DNA from: an uncultured Candidatus Saccharibacteria bacterium
Lineage (GTDB): Bacteria; Patescibacteriota; Minisyncoccia; JBAYJV01
Reading direction: 5' to 3'
NCBI GenBank assembly: GCA_964577395.1
Contig: CAZNYQ010000004.1
Location: 1-59,450, forward strand
Length of the DNA stretch: 59,450 bases
Shown here: piece by piece, positions 17,567 to 28,308 of the stretch
Layout: the number at the start of each line of letters is the position of its first letter
Position numbering within the stretch: position 1 is the stretch's first letter
The notes under the pieces: model-generated
Told to the model about the DNA's origin: nothing
Database searches by the model: none
The model's input: only the letters and a program-made list of their open reading frames with translations
Position numbers and translations under genes: made by a program

Positions 17567-18676
17567 CTAAGGTTCTAAAAGTAAATCACGATAATTTTCT
17601 AAATTTTCTAAAATGAAGCCTGCTCCTCTTGCTACAGCTGTTAAGGGATCTTCTGTAACATGAACTTGTACTTGTGTAGCTTGTTCTATGGCTATATCAA
17701 GACCTCTTAGGAGAGCTCCTCCACCTGTTAAGATAATGCCTCTTTTCATAATATCTGCCAATAATTCAGGCGGTGCTTTTTCTAAAACATTACGAACAGT
17801 TTTAATTAAATTTTTAACAGAACTATGAGTTGCTTTATATATATGCTGATCGTTAACAAGAATTTCACGAGGCAATCCATCAATTAAATCTCTCCCCCTT
17901 AAAAAACTTTCCAATCTGTCTTCTAGCTTAATTGCTGAACCTAAGGCAATTTTAACTTGCTCGGCTGATCGTTCACCAATCAAGAGATTTAGTTTATCAC
18001 GTGCAAAATTAACAATATCTTTGTTAAAACGATTCCCAGCAATGGTAATACTCTTTTGAGCTACAATGCCACCTAAAGAGATAACAGCAATTTCAGTCGT
18101 GCCTCCCCCAATATCTACTATAAATTGTCCAATTGCTTTTTTAACTGGTAGGCGTGCTCCAATACTAGCTGCAATTGGTTCATAAACTAAAGAAACTTCA
18201 CCAGCACCTGCATTTTTTACTGCATCTTGAGCAGATTTTTGTTCTACCTTGGTGGCCGACATAGGAATAGCAACAATTATTTTAGGGCGAGCTAGAAATC
18301 TTATTTTTTGTTGATTGACTTTTTGAATAAAATATTGAATCATTTTCTCAGTCGATTCAAAATCAGATATTACTCCATCAACTAAAGGTTCAATAGCCTG
18401 AATGTGGGGCGGTGTTTTCCCAAGCATTTCTTGAGCTTTTTTACCAACCGCTAAAACGCGACCTGTTTTTTTATTTAAAGCTACCACAGAAGGCTCTTTA
18501 AGGACAATTCCTCTCCCTGAAACATATACTAAGCTATTCACTGTTCCTAAATCAATTCCTATTAAAGGACTAAATTTTTGAAACCAGTTAGCTTTTTTAA
18601 TAATTCTATTTTTAAAAAGATTAATTTTTTTCATGCTTTTAGATATAATCATACTCCATAATTTGTTTTTTTTCAA
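17567..18676 (-). CDS. mreB: Rod shape-determining protein MreB (true start probably a downstream ATG)
   Basis: IDLGT, EPSVVA, VDIGGGTTE, LTGGGALL actin-like motifs. Confidence 0.96.
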   Translation of the reverse strand: MKKNKLWSMIISKSMKKINLFKNRIIKKANWFQKFSPLIGIDLGTVNSLVYVSGRGIVLKEPSVVALNKKTGRVLAVGKKAQEMLGKTPPHIQAIEPLVDGVISDFESTEKMIQYFIQKVNQQKIRFLARPKIIVAIPMSATKVEQKSAQDAVKNAGAGEVSLVYEPIAASIGARLPVKKAIGQFIVDIGGGTTEIAVISLGGIVAQKSITIAGNRFNKDIVNFARDKLNLLIGERSAEQVKIALGSAIKLEDRLESFLRGRDLIDGLPREILVNDQHIYKATHSSVKNLIKTVRNVLEKAPPELLADIMKRGIILTGGGALLRGLDIAIEQATQVQVHVTEDPLTAVARGAGFILENLENYRDLLLEP

Positions 18677-18725
18677 AAAAAAAGAAAAGCTAGTTAAACT
18701 AACTTTTCAAAATGTATTTTTTAAA

Positions 18726-18902
18726 TTAGCGATGAAATTGGCATTGAATCTCTGTGGTTGATCCTGCTTCAGCTTCTTCGATAGCTTTAATAGTGTTTTG
18801 GTAATAATAGAACATTATAACCGTTACAATAATTGTTGCTGCAATGAAGATAAACCAAAAGACAACACTATTTTGATTATTTTTAGGATTACTTTTTTGC
18901 AT
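18726..18902 (-). CDS. Small single-TM protein, 58 aa (not in ORF track)
   Basis: MQKSNPKNNQNSVVFWFIFIAATIIVTVIMFYYYQNTIKAIEEAEAGSTTEIQCQFHR; followed by a hairpin and T tract at about 18684-18708. Confidence 0.6.
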   Translation of the reverse strand: MQKSNPKNNQNSVVFWFIFIAATIIVTVIMFYYYQNTIKAIEEAEAGSTTEIQCQFHR

Positions 18903-18969
18903 ATATAAATATAAAAATACATTTCTAGGAATATTATATCATACCTATTTCAAATTGCTTGTTGATAAC

Positions 18970-19974
18970 TTAAGAACCATTAATTAAGGCTGGCTGATAA
19001 TCATCATTGATATACACTTCGTGGGGAATTAAATTAACCAATTTCTTATTCCTTACTTCAGCTATTAGAAGCATGCCTTTGCGAGTTTCTTGAGAAAACA
19101 TTTGATCAAAGACAAAATTACCTAAACTATAGAAAACAGATGTTCCGTCAATTTCTTCCATATTTCCAATAACATGAGAATGATGTCCTATAATCAAATC
19201 AGTTCCTGCTTTTGTAAGTGTTTGGGCTACTGTTTTTTGACGCATCGTAGGATTAGTTTCGTATTCGTTACCAAAATGAAGCGAGACAATAGTAAGATCG
19301 CATTCATCTTCATATTTTTCAACATCTTGAGCAGCTGCCTCAATCTCTAAAAATGCCATACCGCTATTTCCATTACTAGCTCCGAAAGAACGCGGACCTA
19401 AATCTGTATAAGCAAAAAAGCATAAAGAAGTATCTTTTAGCTCTTTTTTAAGAGGACTGTAAGCTTCTTGTTGATTAAAACCGCCTCCTACATAATCAAT
19501 GCCTGAAGCAGTTAATCTATTTAATGTATCTTCAAAAGCTGGTGCTGCCCAATCTCCCATATGATTATTAGCAACTGATAGAATATCAAAACCAGCATAT
19601 TCTAAACCTTGAATTGCTCTAGGATCCGCTCGAAAGGAATAAATAGAGCCTACATTCATACCTTTGTCAGAAATTCCACCTTCCAAATTACCAAAAGCGA
19701 TATCTACATTTTTTAATTTTTCAGCTGTTTCTAAAAAGGGCCATTTCCAATTTTCTTTTTCAGCCATTTTATCTCCCACTGCTCTTGATAACATAATATC
19801 TCCCACAAAAGCTAAGGTAATAGTTTGATCGGTATCATCAATTTCTAAAATTTCTTTTGTTTGATTAAAGATATTATCAATCTTCCAGTTATCTTGTTTG
19901 AAATATAAAAAAAGACCTCCTCCGAGGATAAAAAGAATAAATATGATGAAAAAAAGATTTTTAATTAATTTCAT
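18970..19974 (-). CDS. CapA family metallophosphatase-fold protein
   Basis: VGDIML, NLEG, ANNHMGD, HFGNEY, GHHSHV, YSLGNFVF. Confidence 0.92.
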   Translation of the reverse strand: MKLIKNLFFIIFILFILGGGLFLYFKQDNWKIDNIFNQTKEILEIDDTDQTITLAFVGDIMLSRAVGDKMAEKENWKWPFLETAEKLKNVDIAFGNLEGGISDKGMNVGSIYSFRADPRAIQGLEYAGFDILSVANNHMGDWAAPAFEDTLNRLTASGIDYVGGGFNQQEAYSPLKKELKDTSLCFFAYTDLGPRSFGASNGNSGMAFLEIEAAAQDVEKYEDECDLTIVSLHFGNEYETNPTMRQKTVAQTLTKAGTDLIIGHHSHVIGNMEEIDGTSVFYSLGNFVFDQMFSQETRKGMLLIAEVRNKKLVNLIPHEVYINDDYQPALINGS

Positions 19975-19981
19975 GTATATT

Positions 19982-20632
19982 CTATTCTAAGGAAAAACCC
20001 GTTGAGTAAGTCTCTAATTCAGTTTGATTAACAGGAGCAATTTTATTCCAATCATAACCTCTCCTATTAAAGGCTGCTGGTGTTTTAATCCAATGTTTAA
20101 GAGCATTTTTTAGATAGTAGACTTTATTATCTCCTGTTTGTCTAATAAGGTGATTAGATTCATACACTTCTATTTCTTCAGAACTTACTTCTAAAATATC
20201 TTCCCAATGATTACCGTATGATTCGAAAACCGCTGCACTAGGAATATGTCTTATCATGCCTGATTCAGTTAAGTAATACACCTTTGGGTCATCTGCTGCC
20301 CTTAGGAGCTTGACCCTAGGATAAGACAATAAATTACCCTCATTAACTACTTGCACATTTTGCCAATTAAAATGATAGACATTAAAAAGCTCAGCTGTTG
20401 GTATCCAGTGACGCTTATCATTAATAATTTCATATACTTTATATCCGTTCTGAGATCTTATAAGATGAGCGTTAACATATTGATTATTATTATCATCTTC
20501 AGTATCGTCTATATTGTTATCTATTATATTATCATCATTTGGGGGAGATGGAGGCATTTCTGCTAAGGATACCTTACTTAATAGAAAAATTGACATCAAG
20601 ATAAAAATTAAAGAAAAAAATCTTTTAATCAT
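19982..20632 (-). CDS. Secreted protein with three ~50-aa repeats
   Basis: Signal peptide, D/N-rich linker, three L[IL]R...KVY...[RH]W/HI...F...W repeats. Confidence 0.8.
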   Translation of the reverse strand: MIKRFFSLIFILMSIFLLSKVSLAEMPPSPPNDDNIIDNNIDDTEDDNNNQYVNAHLIRSQNGYKVYEIINDKRHWIPTAELFNVYHFNWQNVQVVNEGNLLSYPRVKLLRAADDPKVYYLTESGMIRHIPSAAVFESYGNHWEDILEVSSEEIEVYESNHLIRQTGDNKVYYLKNALKHWIKTPAAFNRRGYDWNKIAPVNQTELETYSTGFSLE

Positions 20633-20679
20633 ATGTTTAAAACACTAATTAAAATATTTTAACACATTTTTAAAAATTT

Positions 20680-21543
20680 TTAAGCAATTTCTTGAAAATA
20701 GTCTAGAAGAACTTTTGGAATATCTCTGCCTTTAGGTAATTTAGTATTCTTTAAAATTGAGTAATGAGGACGTATAGCCGGTCTTGAAAATTCTTGAGAG
20801 CTAACAGGAAATACCTTAGGTAAGGTAAAATTAGGAGTAATTTTTTGATAAGTTTCAAAAATCTTTTGAGCAAATTGATACCAATTTAAAGCTGGCTCAT
20901 TAGTAAAATGATAGATTCCTGAAACTAATTTATTCTCTATCATGTACTGAATTGTTTGAGCCAGGTCCTTGGTAAAGGTTGGCTTACCGTATTGATCATC
21001 TACTACCCGCAAGTCCTTTTTTTGATAAGCTAACTTTAACATTGTTTCAACAAAGTTTTTTCCATGAGGACCAAAAAGCCAAGATATTCTAAGAATATAG
21101 AAATTTAATCCCCGAGAAGCTTCTTTTAGAAGAAGCTTCTCTCCTAAAAGCTTTGATTTTCCATAAATATTAAGAGGGTTTAAGGGAACATCTGATTCAA
21201 TATAACCCTCTTTTTTATTTGATCCAAAGACATAATCCGTGCTTATATGAATCAAAAAAGCTCCTGTTTCAAGAGCAGCTTGAGCAAGATATTGAACAGC
21301 TTGTCCATTAATCTTCATAGCCAAGAAAGTTTCTTTTTCTGCTTTATCTACGTCTGTATAGGCAGCAGTATTAATAATAATTTCTGGTTTTAAGTGAGTA
21401 ATTTTTTCTTTTACTTTTGCTTGATAAGTAATATCTATATCTTGCCTATCCCAGGCTGTTATATCATAATTATTATTTTTAAAATGTTCTACTAAATCTT
21501 GGCCAAGCATTCCTTGAGCTCCAATGATAAGAATTTTTGGCAT
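20680..21543 (-). CDS. rfbD: dTDP-4-dehydrorhamnose reductase
   Basis: GAQGMLG, AAYTDVDKAE, STDYVF, YGKSK, DDQYGKPT. Confidence 0.95.
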   Translation of the reverse strand: MPKILIIGAQGMLGQDLVEHFKNNNYDITAWDRQDIDITYQAKVKEKITHLKPEIIINTAAYTDVDKAEKETFLAMKINGQAVQYLAQAALETGAFLIHISTDYVFGSNKKEGYIESDVPLNPLNIYGKSKLLGEKLLLKEASRGLNFYILRISWLFGPHGKNFVETMLKLAYQKKDLRVVDDQYGKPTFTKDLAQTIQYMIENKLVSGIYHFTNEPALNWYQFAQKIFETYQKITPNFTLPKVFPVSSQEFSRPAIRPHYSILKNTKLPKGRDIPKVLLDYFQEIA

Positions 21544-21545
21544 AA

Positions 21546-24206
21546 TTAACTTTTTTGAATATTAATCTTGTTATTTTTAATACCTACTTTTAATTTTTCA
21601 TTTTTCTTTATTTTGTCAGCAATAACCATTTCAGCTATTTTATCAAGAATATAATGTTGAATAGTTCTTTTAAGAGGACGAGCTCCGTAATCTGGGTTAA
21701 AACCTTTTTCAGCTAAGAATTTTTTAGCTGCTTGATTAATGCTTAATTTAATGCCTTGACGCGCTAAATGTTGAGCTGTTTTTTTAATTTCCAAATCAAC
21801 AATTTTTTCAAGCTCTTTTTTGCGTAAATATTCAAAAACAATAATTTCATCAATTCTGTTAAGAAACTCTGGTTTAAATTGCTTACGAATTTCTTCCATG
21901 ACTTGTTGCTTCATGGCATTGTAGTCCTGATGACTTTTCTCTTTTTTCTTATCTTCAAAACCAATCGGAGCATAGTTTTGAATAACATCATTGCCAATAT
22001 TTGAAGTCATAATAATAATAGTATTTTTAAAATCAACTGTTCTGCCCTTAGCATCTGTTAGGCGACCATCATCTAAAATTTGCAAAAAAAGATTAAAAAC
22101 TTCTGGATGCGCCTTTTCAATTTCATCAAATAAGACAACTGAATAAGGACGTCGTCTTACTCTCTCTGTTAATTGACCACCTTCTTCATAGCCTACATAA
22201 CCTGGTGGAGAACCAATTAGACGAGCTGTTGAATGCTTTTCCATGTATTCAGACATATCAACTCTAACCATCGCTCTTTCATCATTAAAAATAAATTCGG
22301 CTAAAGATTTAACTAATTCAGTTTTACCAACACCAGTTGGACCAACAAAGATAAAAGTTCCAATTGGTTTGTTAGCCGGAACAATATCTGCTCGAGAACG
22401 ACGAATAGCGCTAGCAACAGATTGAATAGCTCTTTTTTGATTAACAAGACGACGAGAAATAATTTCTTCCATCTTAAGCAATTTCTCTTGTTCGCTTTTA
22501 AGCATTTTTTGAACAGGGATACCTGTCCAAAGAGAAACAATTTTAGCAATATCTTCTTCATCAACTTCTTTTTTAAGAACAGAACGGGTCTTTTGAAGTT
22601 TTTTAAGCTCGTTTTCTTTTTTACGAAGTTCTTTCTTTTTTTGAGGAATTTGACTATATTTCAACTCTGCTACTCTCTCTAAATCAGAGTTTCTTTCGGC
22701 AATCTCTGCTTGAGTCTTTAATTTATCGATTTCTTTTTTAATTTTTCCAATTATGCTAATTAGATCTTTTTCCCCGCGCCATTTAGCAATTAACTTATTG
22801 CTCTTTTCTTTAATTTCGCTAATTTCCTTTTTAACTTTTTTAAGTCTTTTTTTAGATTCTTCGTCTTTTTCTCTTGAAAGCGCTTTTTTTTCAATTTCCA
22901 ATTTCATAATTTTACGCTTCATTAAATCAACTTCTTCAGGCATACTGTCAATTTCCATTCTCATGGCTGAAGCAGCTTCATCCATGAGATCAACTGCCTT
23001 GTCAGGCAAAAAGCGATCATTAATATATCGATGGGATAAATGAGCAGCTGCTATTAAAGCTTTATCGGTAATTCTAATACCATGATGGACTTCATATTTA
23101 TCTTTAATACCTCTTAAGATGGCAATAGTATCTTCTGTGGAAGGTTCTTTAATATATACTTGCTGGAAGCGTCTTTCAAGCGCTGGGTCTTTTTCGATAT
23201 ATCGTTGATATTCTTTTAGAGTAGTTGCTCCAATAGCGTGTAATTCTCCTCTAGCTAAGGCTGGTTTTAACATATTAGAAGCATCCATTGCTCCCTCTGC
23301 TTGACCAGCTCCCACTAAGGTATGCATTTCATCAATAAAAAGAATAACTTTACCAGCGGCATTTTTAACTTCACCTAAAAGTGCCTTGAGGCGTTTTTCA
23401 AATTCACCTCTAAAACGAGAACCTGCAATCATACTGCCTAAGTCTAATCCGACGATCCTTTTATCTTTTAAAATATCAGGAACATCTCTAGAGACAATAC
23501 GTTGCGCTAAACCTTCGACAATAGCTGTTTTTCCTACGCCTGCTTCACCAATTAAAACAGGGTTATTCTTTTTGCGGCGCGTCAAAACTTGCATAACTCT
23601 TCTAATTTCTTCTTCTCTGCCAATAATGGGATCTAATTTCTCTTCTTTTGCTAATTGTGTTAAATCTCTGCCATAATTTTTTAAAGCCTGATATTGTGTT
23701 TCTGGCTCAGCATCAACTACTCTGTTGGTACCTCGAATATCTTTTAAGATTTCTAAAAGATTATCATAATTAACTTCTTTAGTATCTTTATCTTTTGAAG
23801 TTTGTGATCTTTTTAAAGCATCTGAAATAATTCCACCCTCTTGCACTAAACCTAAAAGCAAGTGCTCAATACTAATATATTCATCTCCCATATTCTTTGC
23901 TTCTCTGGTAGCTCTCTCAAAAACACGAGCCATGTTTTGGCTTAAATAAAGATGATTTAAAGGAGCATTAGCAACAATGCGTGGTAAAACATCCAAAGAT
24001 TTAGTTAGGATTTTTTTAAGTTCATCATGATTAACTCCAAGTCGAGTTAGTAAAGTTTCTGTTAATCCTTCTCTTTCTTGAAGCAAAGCTAATAAAAGAT
24101 GTAAAACATCTACTTGGGGATGACCATAGTTACGAGCAATATTTTGAGCTTTCTGCAAGGCTTGGCGAGATCTAGTAGTTAAATTGTTAAAATCCATATT
24201 ATTCAT
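21546..24206 (-). CDS. clpB: ATP-dependent chaperone ClpB
   Basis: Clp-N repeats, GEAGVGKT, middle coiled coil, [17 protein letters not shown]. Confidence 0.97.
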   Translation of the reverse strand: MNNMDFNNLTTRSRQALQKAQNIARNYGHPQVDVLHLLLALLQEREGLTETLLTRLGVNHDELKKILTKSLDVLPRIVANAPLNHLYLSQNMARVFERATREAKNMGDEYISIEHLLLGLVQEGGIISDALKRSQTSKDKDTKEVNYDNLLEILKDIRGTNRVVDAEPETQYQALKNYGRDLTQLAKEEKLDPIIGREEEIRRVMQVLTRRKKNNPVLIGEAGVGKTAIVEGLAQRIVSRDVPDILKDKRIVGLDLGSMIAGSRFRGEFEKRLKALLGEVKNAAGKVILFIDEMHTLVGAGQAEGAMDASNMLKPALARGELHAIGATTLKEYQRYIEKDPALERRFQQVYIKEPSTEDTIAILRGIKDKYEVHHGIRITDKALIAAAHLSHRYINDRFLPDKAVDLMDEAASAMRMEIDSMPEEVDLMKRKIMKLEIEKKALSREKDEESKKRLKKVKKEISEIKEKSNKLIAKWRGEKDLISIIGKIKKEIDKLKTQAEIAERNSDLERVAELKYSQIPQKKKELRKKENELKKLQKTRSVLKKEVDEEDIAKIVSLWTGIPVQKMLKSEQEKLLKMEEIISRRLVNQKRAIQSVASAIRRSRADIVPANKPIGTFIFVGPTGVGKTELVKSLAEFIFNDERAMVRVDMSEYMEKHSTARLIGSPPGYVGYEEGGQLTERVRRRPYSVVLFDEIEKAHPEVFNLFLQILDDGRLTDAKGRTVDFKNTIIIMTSNIGNDVIQNYAPIGFEDKKKEKSHQDYNAMKQQVMEEIRKQFKPEFLNRIDEIIVFEYLRKKELEKIVDLEIKKTAQHLARQGIKLSINQAAKKFLAEKGFNPDYGARPLKRTIQHYILDKIAEMVIADKIKKNEKLKVGIKNNKINIQKS

Positions 24207-24389
24207 ATTTAGATACTAATAATAATTTTATTATAACAAATCTTAATTTTTCTTCAAAAATAGTTTAATTTAAGATTTTAAATTCTAACATAAATCTTTT
24301 TAAAAAGCAAACTAATTTATATAGAATTCTGTAAAACATTGACAAAAACTTACATAAGAGTTATATTTAAATAAATAAAGGAGGTAATT

Positions 24390-24926
24390 ATGTTACAGAA
24401 TTCAAGAAGTATACGTATTGTAGGTTATGCAGGTATATTATTAGGAATTGCGCTTTTCTTTTACATGGCGCTTAGCGCAATTGGCATAGTTACAGGTTCA
24501 GTTTTTCTAATTTTACTTTCTGTACTCGGTGTATCGACAATATATTGTTCCTTTCCAATTTTGAGAATAATTAAGCCAGAGCATTGCGACGACATGATAG
24601 AAGAGGTTGTGCTCCTATCTTATTTGCCAAAAGCAGTATATGAAAAAGATGCTGTTTTGGTAGGTATTCACAGAGTACCTGATTGGGAATATAAAATAAT
24701 GATGCTTCCTTTAGCACATTTTGTTAAAAGAGATCGTGAAGCCATAAAAAAGAATTTTTCCTTGGATACAAATGCTCCATTGGCAATTACTAGGCTATAC
24801 ATCCAAAAACAAGAAACTCAACGAGGACCATTCTTGGAACTTGTTGAAGATGGAAAAGAAATCTTCTTAAGCCAATTTAATTCAGATGACAAAGAAGATG
24901 AAAGCCAAGAAACGGAAGTTCTGTAA
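24390..24926 (+). CDS. Hypothetical membrane protein (two N-terminal TM helices)
   Basis: TTGACA-17-TATATT promoter (24339-24367), AAGGAGGT SD, terminator 24934-24969. Confidence 0.72.
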   Translation: MLQNSRSIRIVGYAGILLGIALFFYMALSAIGIVTGSVFLILLSVLGVSTIYCSFPILRIIKPEHCDDMIEEVVLLSYLPKAVYEKDAVLVGIHRVPDWEYKIMMLPLAHFVKRDREAIKKNFSLDTNAPLAITRLYIQKQETQRGPFLELVEDGKEIFLSQFNSDDKEDESQETEVL

Positions 24927-24933
24927 GAACAAC

Positions 24934-24969
24934 AAAAGTCCCGCTTATCAGTTAAGTTGGGACTTTTTT
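24934..24969. terminator. Bidirectional terminator
   Basis: AAAAGTCCC/GGGACTTTTTT between convergent genes. Confidence 0.7.
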
Positions 24970-24972
24970 AAT

Positions 24973-26610
24973 TTAATTAGTTTTTTTGTCTTTTTTTTGC
25001 CCTTTTGTGTAATATTTTTTATATGGCAATTCTACATAAAAAGTTGTCCCCATATTCTCTCCTTCGCTTTTAGCATAAACTTTACCCTCATGAGCTTCTA
25101 CAATTTTATGACATATATATAATCCAATTCCCATACCACCAGCATGATATTTTTCACCACCCTTACCGCGACGAAACTTTTCATAAATAGCATCAATTTC
25201 TTCTTTTATCATCCCAACGCCCGTATCTTTAAATTTAAAAGTTATTTTATTGTCTTGAATCTCATTAGTAATTTCTAACCCTCCCTTTTCGGTATATTTA
25301 ATAGCATTATCGATGATATTTACAAAAACTTGCCTCATCTTATGAGGATCAGCATAAATAACAGGAACTTTTTGTAACTTAGCCTCTATTTTTAAATTCT
25401 TTTTATGAGCATTAACTTTTGCTTCGTTAATAACAGATTCAAGAATATCTTTTAAATCATCCACTTGACGAAATTCAAACTGGAGCTTGCCTCTTTCAAT
25501 ACGAGAAAGATTTAAGAGGTCATTAACTAGGCCAATTAAGCGTTCATTAGATGTATATACTCGGTTTAGAACTTCTTTCTTAGTTTTATCAAGCTTTCCG
25601 TAGCTACCATCTAAAATCATTGAAACATAGCCCTTAATGGCTGATAAAGGAGTTCTTAATTGATGAGAGGCAATTGAAATAAATTCAGATTTTGCTTTAT
25701 CAAGTTCTTTTAATTTAATATTGGCTTTTTGAAGTTTCTTAGCTAATTTTTCAGTTTCTTGACGTGCTTCGATCTCTTGTAAAACAGATTTAACGAGAAA
25801 TATACCAAAAACAATGGCACTCAAGAAAAGAGCTAAATTTAATACAAGTTGTTGTTTGTTTTCGAAGGTAAAAACATTAACTAATAGAATTAAAAGTAAA
25901 AGTCCCGTGAAGATTTCAGCTGTTAAAACTCTAATCTGAAGTAAATGATGGCGCAAGATTGCATATGTACTCGATACAATGAAAAATAGAACTGTTAAAG
26001 CTGAAAAATTAGCTACTCTTTCAATGCCCAAAAAAGGAAATAAAATTGTCCCAAAAAGCGCTAAGACGCTAGAAGAAATTGTACCAATTAAAATATATTT
26101 AATTTGTAACTTAACAACATCACTTTTATTTTTACGATAGCTTTGAATAAGTTTTACAAGCGCCCAAATAAGAAAAATAATAAAATAGGCTGTTAAAAGA
26201 AGGTGCAAGGGACCATGAATAATTTCCCTTGTTCCATCTTCTAAAATTTTAACTGACCTTACGTTCCAACTTGTTGGAGAAAAAATTAAGAAAATTAAAG
26301 AAGGCAAGGTAATAATAACTTTCTTAATATTACTCAAGGCAACTCTTTGAGGAAAAATATAGGTAAAATATAAAAAGATAGCCGGAATAGCTGCTATCCA
26401 GACAATTGCCGTCTGAGCCCAGAAGATTACCCCAACAAGCGTAAAAGACAAATCAATGAACAAAGAAGAGGTCAACCAAAAAGCAATGAAAAAAATCAAG
26501 GCTGCAAAGACTTGATTAATAGAAGAAGAACGATTATTCGCTAAAACCATTAATCCTAAAGCATAAACTGATATAAGAATGACGATGGCAATAATAAAAA
26601 TAATGCCCAT
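24973..26610 (-). CDS. Sensor histidine kinase with ~7-TM N-terminal domain (paralog 1)
   Basis: Multi-TM N-terminus, SHQLRTPL H-box, NIIDNAIKY N-box, DTGVG and GMGIGL G-boxes. Confidence 0.93.
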   Translation of the reverse strand: MGIIFIIAIVILISVYALGLMVLANNRSSSINQVFAALIFFIAFWLTSSLFIDLSFTLVGVIFWAQTAIVWIAAIPAIFLYFTYIFPQRVALSNIKKVIITLPSLIFLIFSPTSWNVRSVKILEDGTREIIHGPLHLLLTAYFIIFLIWALVKLIQSYRKNKSDVVKLQIKYILIGTISSSVLALFGTILFPFLGIERVANFSALTVLFFIVSSTYAILRHHLLQIRVLTAEIFTGLLLLILLVNVFTFENKQQLVLNLALFLSAIVFGIFLVKSVLQEIEARQETEKLAKKLQKANIKLKELDKAKSEFISIASHQLRTPLSAIKGYVSMILDGSYGKLDKTKKEVLNRVYTSNERLIGLVNDLLNLSRIERGKLQFEFRQVDDLKDILESVINEAKVNAHKKNLKIEAKLQKVPVIYADPHKMRQVFVNIIDNAIKYTEKGGLEITNEIQDNKITFKFKDTGVGMIKEEIDAIYEKFRRGKGGEKYHAGGMGIGLYICHKIVEAHEGKVYAKSEGENMGTTFYVELPYKKYYTKGQKKDKKTN

Positions 26611-26615
26611 AAATT

Positions 26616-28211
26616 TTAATTAAAAAAATGAAGTGGTAATTTAATGTAAAAAGTTGATCCTTTATTTAATCCCTCGCTTTCAGCCCATATTTTACCTCCG
26701 TGGGCTTGGATAATCTTATGAGCTACATATAATCCAATACCAGTTCCGTCTGGATGAATTTCAGCGCTTGAAGAGCCTCTTTGAAATTTTTTATAAATCG
26801 CTCCTAAATCTTCCTGACGCATACCAATTCCGGTATCTTCAACAGAAATAGTAGCATTTTCATCATCAATTTTTGTTCTAACGATAATTTTTCCCCGAGG
26901 AGTATACTTAATAGCATTATCAATAACATTTGTTAAAGCTTGCCTTAATTTATTAACATCTAAATTCATAAGAGGCAGATCTACTTTATGATACTTCAAC
27001 TTTAAGCCCCGTCTTTGAGCAATTACTTGAAATTCACCCACAACAGAATTAATTAAATCACTTAATTGAGCTTTCTTAAAATTAAATTCTAATTTACCTC
27101 TTTCAATACGAGATAGATTTAACAAATCATTAACTAATTTAATTAAACGTTCATTAGCTAAATAAATTTTATTTAAAGCTTCTTTTTCTTCGCTATCTTG
27201 AATTTCATCTAAGAGCATTGCTGCATAACCTTTAATAGCTGATAAAGGTGTTCTTAATTGATGAGAAGCAATTGAAATGAATTCAGATTTAATTTGATCT
27301 AACTTTTTTAAATGTTTATTAGCTTTTTTAAGTTCCTCGGCTAAATTGCTAATTCTCTCCTTCTGTTCTATTTCATTAATAACTGATCTGATGAGTGTTC
27401 CGCTAAAGATAAGACCTAGGATAAAAACGCTTAAATTTAAAAGAAAACGCCAAAAGTTATTGAAATAAAATATATTTAAGAAAAGAATTGAGATAAGAAA
27501 AAGAGATAAAACTTGGGCAACAATTAGCTTTATTTTAAGTAATTGATATTTAACAATTGCATAAGCAACCGCTGCTACAAAGAAGATAGTGCCAGCTTGG
27601 GCAACCCAATTAAATTTGAAAATAAACCCCCAGGGTAAAATAAGGTTAGTAATCAAACCAAGAGATACTGGCGTAAAAGTAGCAAAGATAACCCATCTTA
27701 ATTGTTTCTTTTGAAGGAAATTACTTTTTTTAAGTCTTTTTAAAAAGTTGAAAAAAGTCCATCCAAAATATATAAAATAAAAAATAAAATAAAAAACATA
27801 ACCAGTTCCGAAATAAATTGCTTTCTCTCCTGTTTTATTTAAAACAATATGATCAATAATAAAACCAGGAATTAAAGCCGAACCAGCTATGATTAAAGGA
27901 GGCACCCACAAGAAAAAATGTTGTTTAGGAGTTAATTTGAACTCTTTTTTTTGAAAAGCTATTGAAAAAAATAATAAACTAGGAGCTATAAAAACTGGGA
28001 AGAAATAAAGAATACGACACCACCAAATTGTCGCTAAAGGATTTGAAGTCCAGCGATAAACAATCATAGAGATTGTCCAAAGAAAAATACTGAAAGTTAA
28101 AAGACTAAAAGCAATATTAACAGGATTCTTTTTTCTTTGAAAATAAATATAGAAACCTAAGCCGAAATTAAAAATAGCGGCAATAGTTAAAGCAATATTG
28201 ATTAAATCCAT
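26616..28211 (-). CDS. Sensor histidine kinase with ~7-TM N-terminal domain (paralog 2)
   Basis: Multi-TM N-terminus, SHQLRTPL, NVIDNAIKY, DTGIG, GTGIGL. Confidence 0.93.
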   Translation of the reverse strand: MDLINIALTIAAIFNFGLGFYIYFQRKKNPVNIAFSLLTFSIFLWTISMIVYRWTSNPLATIWWCRILYFFPVFIAPSLLFFSIAFQKKEFKLTPKQHFFLWVPPLIIAGSALIPGFIIDHIVLNKTGEKAIYFGTGYVFYFIFYFIYFGWTFFNFLKRLKKSNFLQKKQLRWVIFATFTPVSLGLITNLILPWGFIFKFNWVAQAGTIFFVAAVAYAIVKYQLLKIKLIVAQVLSLFLISILFLNIFYFNNFWRFLLNLSVFILGLIFSGTLIRSVINEIEQKERISNLAEELKKANKHLKKLDQIKSEFISIASHQLRTPLSAIKGYAAMLLDEIQDSEEKEALNKIYLANERLIKLVNDLLNLSRIERGKLEFNFKKAQLSDLINSVVGEFQVIAQRRGLKLKYHKVDLPLMNLDVNKLRQALTNVIDNAIKYTPRGKIIVRTKIDDENATISVEDTGIGMRQEDLGAIYKKFQRGSSSAEIHPDGTGIGLYVAHKIIQAHGGKIWAESEGLNKGSTFYIKLPLHFFN

Positions 28212-28280
28212 AAAACTTAGAAACTATGCTTAAAATGTTTTCTAAGCATATTTTAACTTTTTTTTAAATTTTACGCAAAA

Positions 28281-28308
28281 AGAAAACAGGGGATAAATCT
28301 ATCCCCTG
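28281..28308 (-). terminator. Intrinsic terminator overlapping the stop of the reductase-like gene
   Basis: CAGGGGATA/TATCCCCTG followed by TTTTCTTTTT on the minus strand. Confidence 0.7.

Noticed and set aside
25600-27300. High nucleotide identity between the two histidine kinase H-box regions
   Set aside because: Explained by paralogy of the DHp helix; differences are not adenine-restricted and no reverse transcriptase is present, so not a DGR template/variable repeat
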